Positions 34,706 through 49,413 of a stretch of DNA of 64,000 bases are shown piece after piece. The notes beneath the pieces are model-generated. The model was not told where the DNA came from. It did not search any database and saw only the letters and a list, made by a program, of their open reading frames with translations. A program made the translations under genes and the position numbers. How positions within the stretch are numbered: the first letter of the stretch is position 1; every line of letters begins with the position of its first letter. Source of the stretch: Balanoglossus misakiensis (lineage: Eukaryota > Animalia > Hemichordata); contig CM082591.2 in NCBI GenBank assembly GCA_040954595.2, positions 7,554,047 to 7,618,046 on the forward strand, in the 5' to 3' direction.

Positions 34706-37700
34706 ATCGCAGATTGCCTCAGTGTGTAACTCTTGTTCTCTCTCATGAGTTACAATTTAGACTGACAGTGAAGGTAATGATGTACAGTGAAACCTCTCAT
34801 TACAGACACCTCTCTATAAAGGACAGATTTTTCAAAACAAATTCGGTTTGAATAGAATATTACCTGTGTATTAAGGACACCTCTCTACTAAGGACAGATT
34901 TTCTGGTCCCATAGGTGTCCTTAATAGACAGGTTTCACTGTACAAATAAGCTGGGGACAAACAAGTATGTACAGTGAAACTGTAAATTATGACTTTAACC
35001 CTTTGTCCAATATTTCCAAAATGTGTATGTGTTTGATGTTTGTATTTTAAGCCTGGTTGTCTATTAGGGAATAAGTGGCAGGCTTGAAAACTCACACTGA
35101 ATGGTGACCTGTTTGTCTGACAACATTGTTCTGTCATTCTGAATTCTGATTCGTTTTTGCTGGGTGATTAAAGTCTTATAGATTGTGTGTTTAATTCCCA
35201 CTAGATATATGTACATGTATATATTTCTTTAGTATGAAAAATTCCAATGAATGGACCTGCAAAGTAATTTCAAAACAGTTTGCTGTGCAGAAAAACCGAT
35301 TGTGACATCATTTACAAATTTAATTTTTTTTACAAGTAGGCCGTAACTCAAGGATTATACTTGGCCAAATTTGATATGACTTTGGTAAGAAAATACAATT
35401 GGCTTTGACCTTTGATTGCACATTAGGTCATGTACACAGAAGTCTTTGTGTATATGGAGACTTGTTCCTGGATTTATATGGTCGAGATTGACCAGACCTG
35501 GAATTATTATGACCATTGACCAGGTTTTGCATAGCTCAGAGTTGATAATAGCTGGAGACCTGGTTCTTGTGGTTAAGAGATCATGTAGACTCTTGCAGAC
35601 CTCTTTTAATTCTCAATATCTCGAGCATCTGTAGAATATGCAGATCTAGTTCTATAATGTCCCTTTAAATACTGGCATAGACAATACAGACTATTATGTT
35701 TTGAATAACCCACAATTTATCTTCAAGGACAGATAAAGGATTATGAATAATTTTGATGTTTGTTACCACTGAGTACTTCTGCAGTGACAAACAAAAACAT
35801 CATTTAATTGTATAATATACATGTGTATATTGACCCACGTGTGAAATTTTGAGGCTGCACCACGATTCAGCGAAGTTAAAGTTTGCAGTTTGGAAAACAG
35901 AAATATACAAAGTACATTTGTCTTATGCTAATTTACAGAACAAAGAAACAATAACATTGCTGAGACATGTCAACATGAGTTGACAAGAGGTTTTGGATGT
36001 TTGGTCATGTTTTTTTGACCAATATGTTCCCTACATTAAGTGTCTGATTAGGCAAACCATCTAGTCTCAAAATATGAAATTTGACCCACATTGCTGTGTA
36101 ACGAACGTATAACACAACCTTAATAATCGTGTGCTTTACACTGGTTGATGAAATTTTAGATAGTCTTGCCAAGCAGCTATGTATGTGTGTATATGTTTAC
36201 TCTATTTTTTCCCGATTTCACACAATATTGACTCAAGTATTACTTTGATTTCATGTAAATGATATTGTGTGTGCATTATTGAAATAAACTTGTGTTTTCT
36301 GAAGAAGTGGTGTTGACCATTGTACTTCTTTGCAATATTTTTCAATTACCATACAGAATTTTCAAAAGGGTTCCCAGCAGGTGCCATGAATATTAATACC
36401 CTCTGGACCCCGCAAATCAAATTTTCCCTCAATGATCAAGAATATCTATATGCCATCCTGCCAGACCATTGTTTTCTGAGAACAAGAATCTTTTTACTAA
36501 GAGTGTCTTAAGCATCATTTTCTTCCAATACGCCTTTTTCATACAAAGGGTGCCCTTTCAAAACATGACATCATCTTCAAGTCGACAACGCGAAAACGAG
36601 GCCAGTAAGCCACAGAGTACTGTTCGAGCTCATCAGGTTTGTCTTATATATGATACTGTACAATTTGCGTGTAAAAATTACCTTACAATAAAATGTGGCT
36701 GTCAAATGTCGGTCCCAAATATAGCGAGGATACACAAGACGATAACGTTTTCACTCTGCGACTTACTGGCTTGTTTTAGTGTCATCTTGGAAGGGCGCCC
36801 TCTTTATGAAAACTGCGTATGGAGCATAAAGAAGATATTAACACAAAATGGGAATCCACGAATGGGAATATCCAGCAACAGGCACCAGAGTAGGACACAC
36901 AGACATAATTTCAGTGCATGTATCTTTATTCAAACTTTACAAAAATATTGTAAAATTTTTCAAGTCATTTGAACCAATATTATTATTTCTACAACCATTC
37001 ACATCCACCTGTAATTAATTTGTACTATACTGTTATTTTTTTTCCAAACTCCTCCACAATATATAAAGCAAGGTTCACAATTATTACAAATATTTTACTT
37101 GGCACGAAGTCTTCAAGTGTGAATAAATTATCTAGTTACACTATGGGAGAGAAATAACTGCTTCTGAGGCATCCCTATCACCATCTTGGTTTAGCCCAAA
37201 TCCTTTGTTTTCTATGGTAAAGTTGGATCTCTACAGAGGGAACTGGGGGTGAAAGGGTTAAAACAATGACATGGACATTGAAGAGAGGCAATTTTGATCT
37301 CATGAGAATTATGAGAATATTTAGAGGCTATAAATGGCAAGCGAGGGTAATTTGTTGTCGAAAAAAAACTCTGGTGAAAATTAGCATATTAGGCTTGAAA
37401 TAATCACCTAGCAAAGGGAGGTGATTATTTCACCCTAATATGCTAAACTGCTAAACAAGATACTCACTTCTACCAATGTAAAAACAGATTAAATCTTCAG
37501 ATTACTGTAAAACACTTTTTTGGGGCGAGCAATAAATTTTCGCGAAATACACGAGAGCCAAAATAGCGTGAAAATAAAAAGTCACGTAATTTTTTTGAAG
37601 ATAATGACGCAGTGAATGAAATAAGAGAACGCGAAAATTAACACTCATGAAACAGTGACCTCTCTCGATATCGCAAAAATTTCAACTCGTGAAAATAAAG

Positions 37701-40020
37701 TGTTTTACAGTATTCATTGGATTACCCATACTCCATGCAAATCTTTGGTACTAATATTTCCCAAACTCCAAACTTCACAAATTCAAGAGTTTTCATGAAA
37801 CCATAAACAATTTCTCTTTTGGACCTCTATGTGTACATAAGAATACATGTAAATAAATTAATGCCATAAATAGAGTCAGAAAAAGAATTTAACAAAAGGT
37901 GAGCGTCTATAATTCACAGCTTTTTCACAAATGAATTAATTGTTTTTGTGATTGCGATGATAAAATAATCATGACAAAAATAATAATTGTTTGCATCGTA
38001 AGCAGCCAAGACATCCAGGCAACTTTGCCTGTTGTCGAATCTATGCTGTTTTTGTACTAAAATCAGAAGACAGTCAGCTTTGTCTTTGCTTTTCCCTCTA
38101 AAAGTTTGTCAATCTCAATATTTCCACCCAATTTCTGATCATTTATTCATTGGTTCATTAACCCTTTCACCACAATGGTTCAGTCCAAACCCATTGTTTT
38201 CTATGGTAAGATTGGACCTCTATAGAGAAAATGGGGGTGAAAGGGTTAAGATAGATGACTATACCCAGATGCAGTGAGCAGTTATCACATTCCATTTCCT
38301 CCACGTAGAATTTTGAGAAAACAGTATTACAATATTGTCATTTTCTTGAATTTTTCACAAATGTGCCAAAAGAGGAGTATTATCATCACTTGGAACCTTC
38401 AAATTGAATTTGAGTTTTGATCATTTTAAAAACATTTTTTACCCCTCATGACATTTGCACATTTTTTATAGAGACAACTTCATTTGAACAAAATCCCATC
38501 TACAGTTAACATGTATCGACACAACAAATACCAGGGTGATATGTGCAGAGGTTCTCAAGTTTTTGCAGTGGACATGAAATTTTTCTTAGCTTGACGTCAT
38601 GGTAACCGAGTGGTTTTCACGGAGCTGTGCAAGAAAACGGCTTTACCAAATTCAATGCAGTATTTTTGTGCAAATGCAAAAAATGTCATTGTGCTCCCTT
38701 TGACAACTGCATTCAAGCCCCATGAGCTGCCAAATTTCTGATATTTTTTCCACAATAAAATACATCAAATCTTCTCCCTATCCTTTACAATAATCACCAT
38801 TCAGCCATATTACTTACATACAACAATGAATGTGTACTCTTTGTATGGAGGCAGATTAAACGGGCGTGGCACCTGTTTAATGTACAAATTGCAACATACA
38901 GCCATAACTGGGCGTTCATGTATACCTAATCAGTAAGCTTATTTAGATGGACCAATTCTAAGTTGGGAAGTACAATCATGAAAACACATGTAATGCAATA
39001 ATGGGGCTTTAACATGGAAGCCATGGCCACTAAAATCTAATCAGTTTTGTGCCAATTCGAAACAGTACATACAAATTATTCTAGTCTGCCCTTCTTGGAA
39101 GATTGTAACAACAGACAATCAGACATTGTGATATATAATACATGTAGCTTACATGTAAGTACCTGAACCAATACTGATATGAGTTTCATACTTGAAATTC
39201 TAGGACATTCATGAGGTTTCACATAGTGCAGCATTTTAGGTCATTGCCACATTTCCTTGTAATAGTTGTACAACATTTCTATTTTCACCATCTCTTTACC
39301 AACCTATACCTAACTAATTCTGGCTGCCTAAAGTAGGTTTTCACTTTGCGCTAGGGGGTCAAATCATATTGCATTCTGGGCGAAAAGTCGACAATGCACT
39401 GTAGTAAGAGATAGAAGAAATGATATGTTTACTGTATTCCATGACTTCCTTTGGTCAAACATGTCTGTCTTTGTAGTTACCATATTAAACTCATTAATCT
39501 TTTTTCACATTTTGTTATTTTTTCTGTTAAAAAGTTTCAGAATGACCCATCATCACTTTAGCTTATGAACTCCCATTTCTTTAAACATGGCAAAAATCGG
39601 CCATCTTGAAATTGTGTCGACCATATGAGATTTTTATCATTCACTTAGGTAGCTTAAAACCTATTTAAGGTAGGGAGAATTGCATGAAGATAAACAATTA
39701 TATTGGCATTTTATTCTAGTGCAAAAGTGATTCTAGTAAAAATCTTGACTCATCTACCGACATTTTTTCAACAACCAACAAAAAGTGATTGACAACCAAA
39801 ACAGTTAGGGTGCGTTCCTTCTTGTTGTTTGTTTCAACATGAAAACGTAATGACATTCACAGATGTAGAATTTTTGCTGCAGCTTAATTTACCCTTCCAC
39901 CACAATGGTTCAGCCCAATCCCATTGTTTTCTATGGTAAAGTTGGACCTCTTAAGAGGGAACTGGGGGTGAAAGAGTTAAAACACATTAGGCGTACATGC
40001 TTATCAGTGAGATCATTATG

Positions 40021-41428
40021 AAAATATAGCTGCAAGCAGCGATGACGGGCACAAGCTTAAGCCGAAGGTCAAAGGTCATATGTGGTCACCCAAAATTTGG
40101 GCAAAAAGTTTTGACCCCCATACTAGTCCAGGTCCAACAGAAACCTGACCTCTGGCCCTATTAGTTTGTCTGTAATTAGATATGCACATAATTAATGATG
40201 TAAAGTGTAAGACTCCATTAATAGTTCGATCCATCCAAACACAAATGCTGTACCTGTTCTGGATGCCAAGATATAGCAAAGTAGGTCAAAGGTCACCTGA
40301 GGTCACCCAAAATTTGGGCATAATTTTTGACCCCATACTGATCCATGTCCCACAAGAACAAAACCTCTAGCCCTATTGGTTAGCCTGGAATTAGGTATGC
40401 ACATAATTAATGAGATATGCAGGTGTCACTGGTGACCCCAAATTTTGGCTTTTCAATTTTAGTCACAACCCTCCAAACGCCAAGTCTTTGCCTGCTCTTG
40501 TTGCCAAGATATGGTAAATTAGGTCAAAGGTCACCTGAGGTCATGCAAAATTTGGGCAAGAAATTTTGAGCCTATACTGGTCCATGTTCAACAAAAATCA
40601 AACCTCTAACCCTATTGGTTAGCCTGGAATTAGGTATGCACATAATTAATGAGATAAGCAGGTGTCACAGGTGACCCCCAATTTTGGCTTTTCAATTATA
40701 GTCCCAACCCTCCAAACGCCAAGTCTGTACCTGCTATTGATGCGGAGATATAGGAAAGTAGGTCAAAGGTCACCTGAGGTCACCCAGAATTTGGGCAAAT
40801 TTTTTTAACCCCATACTGGTCCATGACCAAAAAGAACGAAACCTCTAGCCCTATTAGTTAGCCCGGAATTAGGTATGCACATAATTAATGACTTTAGCAG
40901 GTGTTACAGGTGAGCCCAAAATTTTGTCTTTTATTTTGGTCCCATTCAGCTCACGGGCCACTAGACTGTCACTGTACAGGACAATTGCACAGACGTGGAC
41001 ATAGCGTCATAGCTTAACTATAGAAAGTATAGGCCTATGGCTGGGTCCACAAATATGACAAATAATATTTAATAATCTTCTTCTCAAAATAGACTTGGCC
41101 CACGGCCTTGATATTTGGCATGTAGGACACTGATCACATGGTCCACAAAAGTTGCTAAAAGAATTTTGATATCTCCATTCATATGCAAATTATGTCAATT
41201 TGAAAACTTTGCCCATATATGGTCATCAGGTCACATGACTAATTAAACATTCACAGGGATACTGCACCAGCTCTCATAGGCCTGCATCACTGTGCCAAGT
41301 TTGAGATTTGTAGGTTCAGCCGTTTTCAAGATCCTATTGGGCAAAAAAACTACACAAGAAAAAGAAGAGGATGAAAAACCCCAGTAATACCAATAGGGCA
41401 CAAGCCTGCTTGGCTTGTGCCCTAATAA
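40021..41428 (-). mobile_element. Helentron-associated non-autonomous element (HINE/DINE-1-like) with internal ~240-bp tandem repeats, just downstream of the PTDSS2 stop
   Basis: Hairpin tagggcacaagcc-tgctt-ggcttgtgcccta at one end. The matching subterminal repeat gggcacaagc plus stem-loop gctgc-aa-gcagc lies at the other end. Flanks are A/T runs. About 3.5 tandem units start aggtcaaaggtca. Confidence 0.65.
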
Positions 41429-41482
41429 AACCAAAGTCAAGTGCATTTGTTTTACATTAAATTACAAAAAATCTCTAAGTTT

Positions 41483-44400
41483 CTAATCGTCTTTTCTCTT
41501 ATTTCTGGACCTGGTCATCATACCATTGTATTCTTCGTTCATCTCCCTGGCCCGTTCAGGTTCACAAATGTCATCCCCTTCGATCAGATGATCCGCAGTT
41601 GCTTTGTGGGAGTAGTAATGCTTGATGTACGGACGCAGGAAGAAATTCCAGATGGTCCATCCGGCGAGCAGAGACAGTCCCACTATCCAACACCACATGA
41701 TGTGGCTAGGCATTGGTTTCATCACCAACTCCAGGTCGAATTTCAACACAATCAACACTTCAGTGGTGACGGTCGCAGCCACAACCCACGCCTGTTGACC
41801 GAACTTCTTACAGGTTCTGCAACACGGATGGCAAGATAGTTTAGATGCAAATAGTCCACATTTAAAGTACAAATAGCTGCCACTTTTAGCACAGTTGTAA
41901 ATTATAGAATACCTCATTACCTTAAGTCGACAGACGACACCATTTTTTAATACCAAAGGGCCAAATACTCGAATAGGTTTGAACTCTTGCAATGGGCAAT
42001 TTAATAAACAGATGCACATAAGACGATCATCAGCCTTTAATCTTACATTTTACTTATATTTTTTTTCCTTAACAGAAACATATTTTTCTCTCAGTGAAAT
42101 TTATTTACAGTACTATATTCTAAACTGAACTCTTGCCCTTCTTATGTGATGCAACATTCTTTGTAGATTTTGGAGTCAACAATACGTATGAGGCATTTAG
42201 AAATTGAGGTCAAAGAATTGAGAAGACAAGTCAAACATTTACAGAAACATGCAAGGTTGCAAGAAAATGACATACAGACATCTGAAAGGTGAATGGCAGA
42301 TGAACAAAATAAGACTTACGGATCTTCAAGGTACTGGTATGCCTCTCTATAGGCACAGGCACCCACAGGAACAAACAACATAACGCGAACCAGATTCAGA
42401 AAGTGTGGAGGGGCCAGCCACAGAACAAACTTCAAGTAAAAATAATTCAACTTTGCTATCAAGGTCTGGAAGAGAAAAAGAAAAACTGTAAGAACTATGA
42501 AATGGAAACCAACAAAATTTTTACACAACTTTTTATTTTCACATTATTTTGGCTCTCGCGTATTTCGTGAAAATTTATTGCTCGTGAAAATAACATGTTT
42601 TACAGTAGTAAAGGTACTTACAACAGTAATGATCATAAGCATGACTATCCATCGTTTGAAGCTGGCTGTTGGTCTCCAATCAAATCTTGTCCAACTGTAC
42701 GGTGTAAATTGGGCAGCAATTCGCTTCACTTTACCCCTGTCATGACAGTAAATAAAATATTGTCAGTGATATTGTCTCCACTCGATCAATAGGCGAAGAA
42801 GTTTTCTAGTGACTGATAGAGCTCTACTGTTATGTGTTGCTAAAAGTTATGAACACATTTTGTGGACAGTGCAAACTAGTACGATTTGGTACATGGGGGG
42901 TTCAAACTGTCAAGGTGTGTGTAAGTACGTTAAATTATGTATGCGAGCCATGCCAAGACTTTCAAAAAAAGTTGAAGAAGAAAAAATGGCACATACGTAT
43001 TTTAAAGGACTTGACACTCCAAACAGGTATGCCACCCAGTAATATTGGGTTAACATTTGCTAAAAGTGTTATAAGGCTTTGATATGACGTCAGACACGCT
43101 CAGGCGTAGTTCCCTTGGCATTCAAATTTCCAGATGACGGGCAACTTCAGCAACATGGTGCAGACATAGACTGTGCAGACGAAATGCAATGATGCTGATG
43201 AGGCACCCTACCTGATACATGTTATGTGTCTGGCGGTTCTAAGGTATAAGCACACTCGGAATAACTTTTACTGGATGCCAAAAAATTGCTTGCCCGTCAC
43301 CTGGAAATGTCAACGCCGTGGGTCACACGACCAGGTCACGTGATTGATAGTAAAGAATTCTGACCTGTATGTTGGTATTTTCCACAAATTCACCCATTTG
43401 TACTGCTTCATGTTGAGATATTCCAGAGTCTTCTTGCCTGCGTATATTCCAATACTGTTACATATCAATGCATCCATTATCCACTGGAATACAATCAGCA
43501 AGTAAAGAATATTTCAGTAAGCAAGTAAAAATTCAAAGTGGATACCAAATCCAGAAATGTACTAGAACATTTTCCAGTGAGGGAGTGAGCAGAAAGAAAT
43601 GTCCTACTAAGAATTCAAAATAGATTTGTGACAATGTATTAATTATATACAAGATTATTCACCACTAGGATTCTCTTATGCAATTCTTGAGATATTGTGT
43701 ACACAGACATACACACACACAGACACACACATTCATAGACAGGATTTGGTACTACATTAGCTGACGTGTGCATACACATGTGAACTAAAATCTACCTTGC
43801 CGTACTTAGGTGCTTTCTGATTGGTTTAGCAGTTTACTTTGAAAACAGGATTTTCTATGGTACAAGTTAAGATGTAGAGAGGCAGACAGAACAGCGAAGA
43901 ATTGGCAAATGTGAAAACCAAGCCAACTTTACATCTGACTTAACCCTTTCATCCCCAGTTCCCTCCATAGATTTCCAACTTTACCACAGAAAACAATGCA
44001 TTTGGGCCAAACCATAGTGGTGAAAGGGGTAAATCACATTGCTGTTCAAATGTAGAGAGGCAGTGGCAACAGAACAAGAACATCATCTCTACACAGTCGG
44101 GTTGGCGACATCTCAGTAACAGCAAAGATGAGTGAATACTCACCACGTCACTCTTATTCTGGCAAACAAGACAAAACCTGAGCTACAAATGACCATGTAA
44201 CACATTAGTCACATTAGAACGAGAAGGATGTTGAGAGATAAACTTACATGATCCCACCAGCACTCACTAAAATTTGGTAGCTGATGTTCCAAACTGTATT
44301 CAAGGAATTCGAACATAATGCTAAGCACATGACAGACCCAGAAATCACGTATCATTATAGTCTGAAACAAAAAGAACAAAATCAAATTACAGTACTAGTT

Positions 44401-45295
44401 AATTTAAGAGTGTGTCATGGTTTTCATTGTATTCCTGGGAACCAGCTTTTGTCCTGTTATGTATGTTGTACACGAAAATTTACTTTGCAGCTGAAAGTTT
44501 TCTGTGAAATACTGTAAAACAGGTTATTTTCGCGACAGGAAATTTTCGCGATATCAAAAGAGACAGCTGTTACGTGAGGATTAATTTTTGCGTTTCATAT
44601 TTCAGTAACTGCATTGTTATCGCCGAAAAATATTTTAAGCAACTTTTTATTTTCACTTTTTTTTGGCTATCGCGTATTTTTATCTCACAGAAATTTATTG
44701 CTCGCGAAAATAACCCTAAAATTTTACAGTACATAACTTAATCCACACTAATAATACGTATACAGTAAAGAAACTTTTGTAGCAGCCCCCCTTTGCCAGA
44801 ATTAAATCTGCAAATATTCAAGAAAATTTGGATAGTCCTGTTGATGCCATCCTAGATGTAACAGTTTTACACCACATATTTCATGTGCCAAGTTTCAATG
44901 AAATCAAAATGTCTGAGTAATGCTAGTCTAGTATCTAACCATGTTTTTTTGCTTTGCTCCAAAACTAAAGTCTAGCTTCATGTATGCTACTGGCCCAATA
45001 AAACATGATACCCCTTGCTAGAAATTGTGATGAAACTAGCATCTCCATAGAAGTCACTCACATAAACTGAACAGTAGTGTAAGATTATAATGAAGGCAGG
45101 GCTTATTACATTAAAAATGCTACCCAACCTTAATTACACATACGTATCATTTAGAAAACAGTCTGTGATTGATTTCAAAGGCACGCTAGTTACATCGCAA
45201 TTCCCTGCAAGGCTTTATTGGGCCAGTAGCATCATAAGGCTGTTAGTTTTTGAAGCAAAGCGGACAAAACTAGACTAGAGTAATGCCTGTGGATG

Positions 45296-45326
<31 letters not shown>

Positions 45327-48300
45327 ATATTGCAGAATCAAGTCTGAGAAGCCATCCAATGTTGATCACTTACCTTAGCATACCATCCAACAATGTGAGC
45401 TAAAACAAACATGTCCCATTTTTCCTGCAAAATGTAAAATATCACTGAGCATCAATGACTGAAGAATATCTAGGCAGTTGTCTAGAAACGCACAACAATC
45501 AAATCATTTAAAGATTTTAATTTAAAACCTCTTGATCTTTTGTTAAAAATGTGAAGAAGCCGCAAGCGTCACGCTCTAAGTTTTCTGTACTTTGCAAAAA
45601 ATTTTGCTCATTAATAGTCAATAGCACATACTCACCCAGAAGTTATGGAATGGGTCTGCGTGGTTTTCATCATAAAACGTGCAATCTTCTCCATACGAAG
45701 TTTCTGGAAGTGGTTTACCAAGTTCCTTATCCAGGTACTTCAGTAAATTTCTGGCATCATCTACAGTCTATCAAAAACACATCATTGTCAATGACAAAGT
45801 CCTCACTTGATAAATAGATTGAGACAACATAGATAGAAACACTTACCATGAAAAAATGATATCTACAAAATGACTCCAGCCATGTTTTTTAACAAAGTAT
45901 TATCCTCGAGGTATGACGTGCACATGAATACCATAATACTACAGCATACTGTAATTTTTATGAGCCCAATATCTGTATATGTACATCTACTGTACATGTA
46001 TATGAGGGCAGGCCAGCAAAGCAAGAACTTGTACATTTGAAATCTAACATGCAAAACTGTTTAACCGGACAAAGACTCTCTCTCTCTGCCCCTTTTTCAT
46101 AAATTATGTTTGATACAAGACACGTTTACCTAAATCTACACGTGGATATATCTATAGTGAACCAACATTCAATCACACACAACTTCCATCCCGTTTGTAG
46201 GATATGAGAGTAAAAATCTCGCCAAAATAAATAAACGGTAGAGACCGTTGTGTCAAACATAATTAATGAAAAAGGGCAGCACGAGAGAGACTTTGTCCCT
46301 TTGAAAATACTAATCACTATTAAACCCTGGTTTGATTGAACTTTGACCTTACCTGGAAGAGAACAAAGACTAAAAGGAGTTCATAGATAACACTAAGCAT
46401 GAGGAACATTCTCCAAACTGCTGGGTGTGGTCGATTGAATGGTCCATCTTTGGCTTGAGTCATTCCAAATAGACAGAACACCATCACAGTAGCCAGCACA
46501 CCCCTACACAGGAATAATATTGGTTTAGAAAAAAGAATTTGGTCACTGGTCAAAAGACAATCAACATTCCCAGTGTTTCATCCAACAGGGGGGATAATTC
46601 CCCCCATTGCCAGAATATTTAGGGGGAATCAACTCTGACAAGGGGGACTGTTATACTGTTATATCTCCCACATGTGAGTGACATCATTTCAAGGGGCACT
46701 GGTCCCCAGCCCCCCCCCCCCCCCCTTGGCAATGTGCTTGGGGGTGCCAACATGTCAACAGGGGGGTGAATCCCCCCCCCCCACCCCCAGGCCCCATCTG
46801 GATGAAACACTGCACTCCTGTCTGGAGACATTAAAAACATATGATTGGTCATATTTCAATATACTTCTTAATACTTCAGGAATAAACGTGAAGACTTTAA
46901 AAACTTTTTATGAGAGTATCAATGATTTGATTTTGTTAATTATGTAGAAAATTCTGTATACACTTTTGATAGTTAAATGCACCTATTGTCATTGATGAAA
47001 TTGTTTCGAGTACTGATGTGTCCACCTCAATAATAACCATAGTAAGTTTTAATTGTCATCATGCAAACAGAAACTAGCCACTACTCTATTACTTTTTTGA
47101 CAATGCTAGATCTAATGCATCTGTCAGTAGAGAGTCATCTCGTCTTACCTTTTGACATTGTATGAAGTGTCTTCAACAGCAGATTCAAATAAAGCAACAT
47201 ATACAAAGACTGCTAGCATACAGAACAGTACAGTCAAGGTATGGGCGCGCCTGAAAAATACAAACAATAAGGTTTAATATCCCTATACTGTAACCTATTC
47301 AGGTTGTTTTGGACAGAAAGCCCATTTTGCATTTGATATATGGTACACCCTCTTAAATGCAACTATTTTCTTTTTCTGAAAACCTCCCGATCATGCCAAA
47401 TCAAGTATTTGACAATTCTTCACTGGCCAAGGTATGATTATTTCACGCATGGAGACTTCCCCTGAGTTGCGCTTGTGAGTTGCTTTTCTGCGATGTTGTG
47501 CCTTTGAGACAGGCACTTCACTTCTCATTGCTGTGTAGTTCTGTAAGCATAGAGTAAGCATCTCAAAAGCTTCTGTGCATCAACTGCTCAATAAAAGGAC
47601 TGTCGCGATGTCGGAGGTACAGTCAAACCTGTGTTAGTGACCACCTCTATATAGTGACCACCTCTATATAGTGGCCACTTAGTTACAGTCCCTGTACAAT
47701 TTACACGTGTATAAATTAACCTGTCTATAAAGACCACCTGTCTATAAAGGCCAGTTTGGTAAAGTCCCTTGACTGGTCACTATAGACAGGTTTGACTGTA
47801 CAAAGTTTTTGTAAACAAATATAAGTGAAGACCTAACAATCTCTAGCATACTTGCTTACAAGATTACACACATTTGTTTTCATAACTGACTGGCAACAAT
47901 TGTTTCCATCAAAAATCCTCCAACCCTCCCCCAGTTATCACCTCTTAGAACAATGAGCACAAGACAAAGGAGTGGGGTTAATCAGATTACATGGAAGAAT
48001 GCCTGGCCAGGGATTACCTCTGTGCAGCAGGGCTGGGCTGTGTTAGAGGGACAGAGTCTCTCTTGCTGCCCTTTTTCCATTTATTATGTTTGATACAAGA
48101 CACCGTTTATGTTCATTTACATGTGTACTATATGTAGTGAATCAAGGTTTGACCACATACAACTTCCATCCTGATTGTAGGATATCAGAGCAAAAATCTC
48201 CCCAAAATGAATAAATGGTAGAGACCGATTATTCTTTTGGTGAGTTTTTCACTCTCGTGTCTACAAGTAAAAGCAGGATGGAAGTTGTGTGTGGTCGAAC

Positions 48301-49413
48301 ATTGATTCACTTTATATCCACATGTAGAATAACATAAACAGTGTCTTGTATCAAACATAATTAAAGGGACAAAGTCTCTCTCCAGCTGCGGCTGCCCATT
48401 TTCCATTAATTATGTTTGATACAAGACACCATTTATGTTATTCTACATGTGGATATATAGTGAATCAATGATCAACCACACAAAACTTCCATCCCACTTG
48501 TATGATATGAGAGTAAAAACTCGCCCAAAATGAATAAATGGTAAAGAACGATTATTCATTTCGGGAGTTTTTTCACTCTCCTGTCTATAAGGGGGATGGA
48601 AATTGTGTGTGGTTGAACATTCATTCACTATATATCCACATGTAGAATAACAAACGGTGTCTTGTATCAAATATAATTAATGGAAAAAAGGGCAGCGAGA
48701 GAGAGACTTTGTCCCTTTAATTTGTTATTGGTCGTGCCTCCTGGCACGTAGAGCTAGCCAGTAATGATTGTAGCAGTGCTGCTGGGATGACTAGTGTCAG
48801 TAGTGATGCGAACAACATCGTCAACCTAGCCCTATACCCGCTACAATCAGTGCAGTAAATAAATGCTAAGCTACCAGGGCTATGCTGCCTCCCAACATTG
48901 CAACAGTTGGGCGAGGTGCAGCCACAACCAGACACTCTCGGGGTTTGGCCTGGTATTGTGTATAGACGACAAACCCTGTTTTGTCGTCCACACACAATAC
49001 TAGGCAAACAAACAACGAGAGTGTTCTGCTAGCGGCTGCAGCGATTACTGGGTCCTTAGGCGAGTGCGGGTCAGGGGTGGCAGTGAAAGTCATTTACATA
49101 CACGGTGTCACGCCCCTCCCCGGCGCGGCCAGCGCATGACCCCAAACATCATGGCCCAAACAAGTAACGGATTGACTGCATCATGTCGAATAAAAAAAAA
49201 AAAAAACGCTTACCAAAAAAAGCTACTAGTTCCATCATCGTACACGTGAGACTGTTTCTCGGCGAATGGCGTGGACGTCGCCTTCACCGTGTGTCCAACG
49301 CAGCCACACTGGGAACACACGAACGCCACGTCCTCGTGGTACAATTTTTCGGCCGTCACTTCATCGGTGGTTTGGAAGTTATTGGATGGATGTGCATTGG
49401 TGTGTCCATCCAT
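41483..49413 (-). CDS. PTDSS2: Phosphatidylserine synthase 2, ~487 aa
   Basis: Exons 49214..49413, 47149..47250, 46353..46503, 45636..45767, 45374..45424, 44248..44361, 43365..43483, 42622..42736, 42320..42465 and 41483..41816 give 1464 nt, open. PTDSS2-type motifs: [20 protein letters not shown], [46 protein letters not shown]. Confidence 0.96.
48361..48720. mobile_element. TTAA-flanked foldback MITE (family E, Kolobok-like); other copies ~33909-34270, ~46065-46302, ~48046-48360
   Basis: TTAA|AGGGACAAAGTCTCTCTC ... GAGAGAGACTTTGTCCCT|TTAA with long internal inverted arms. Confidence 0.75.

Noticed and set aside
36469-36972. 167-aa ORF between PNPLA-B and PTDSS2
   Set aside because: Non-ATG start, no domain similarity and no supporting splice structure.
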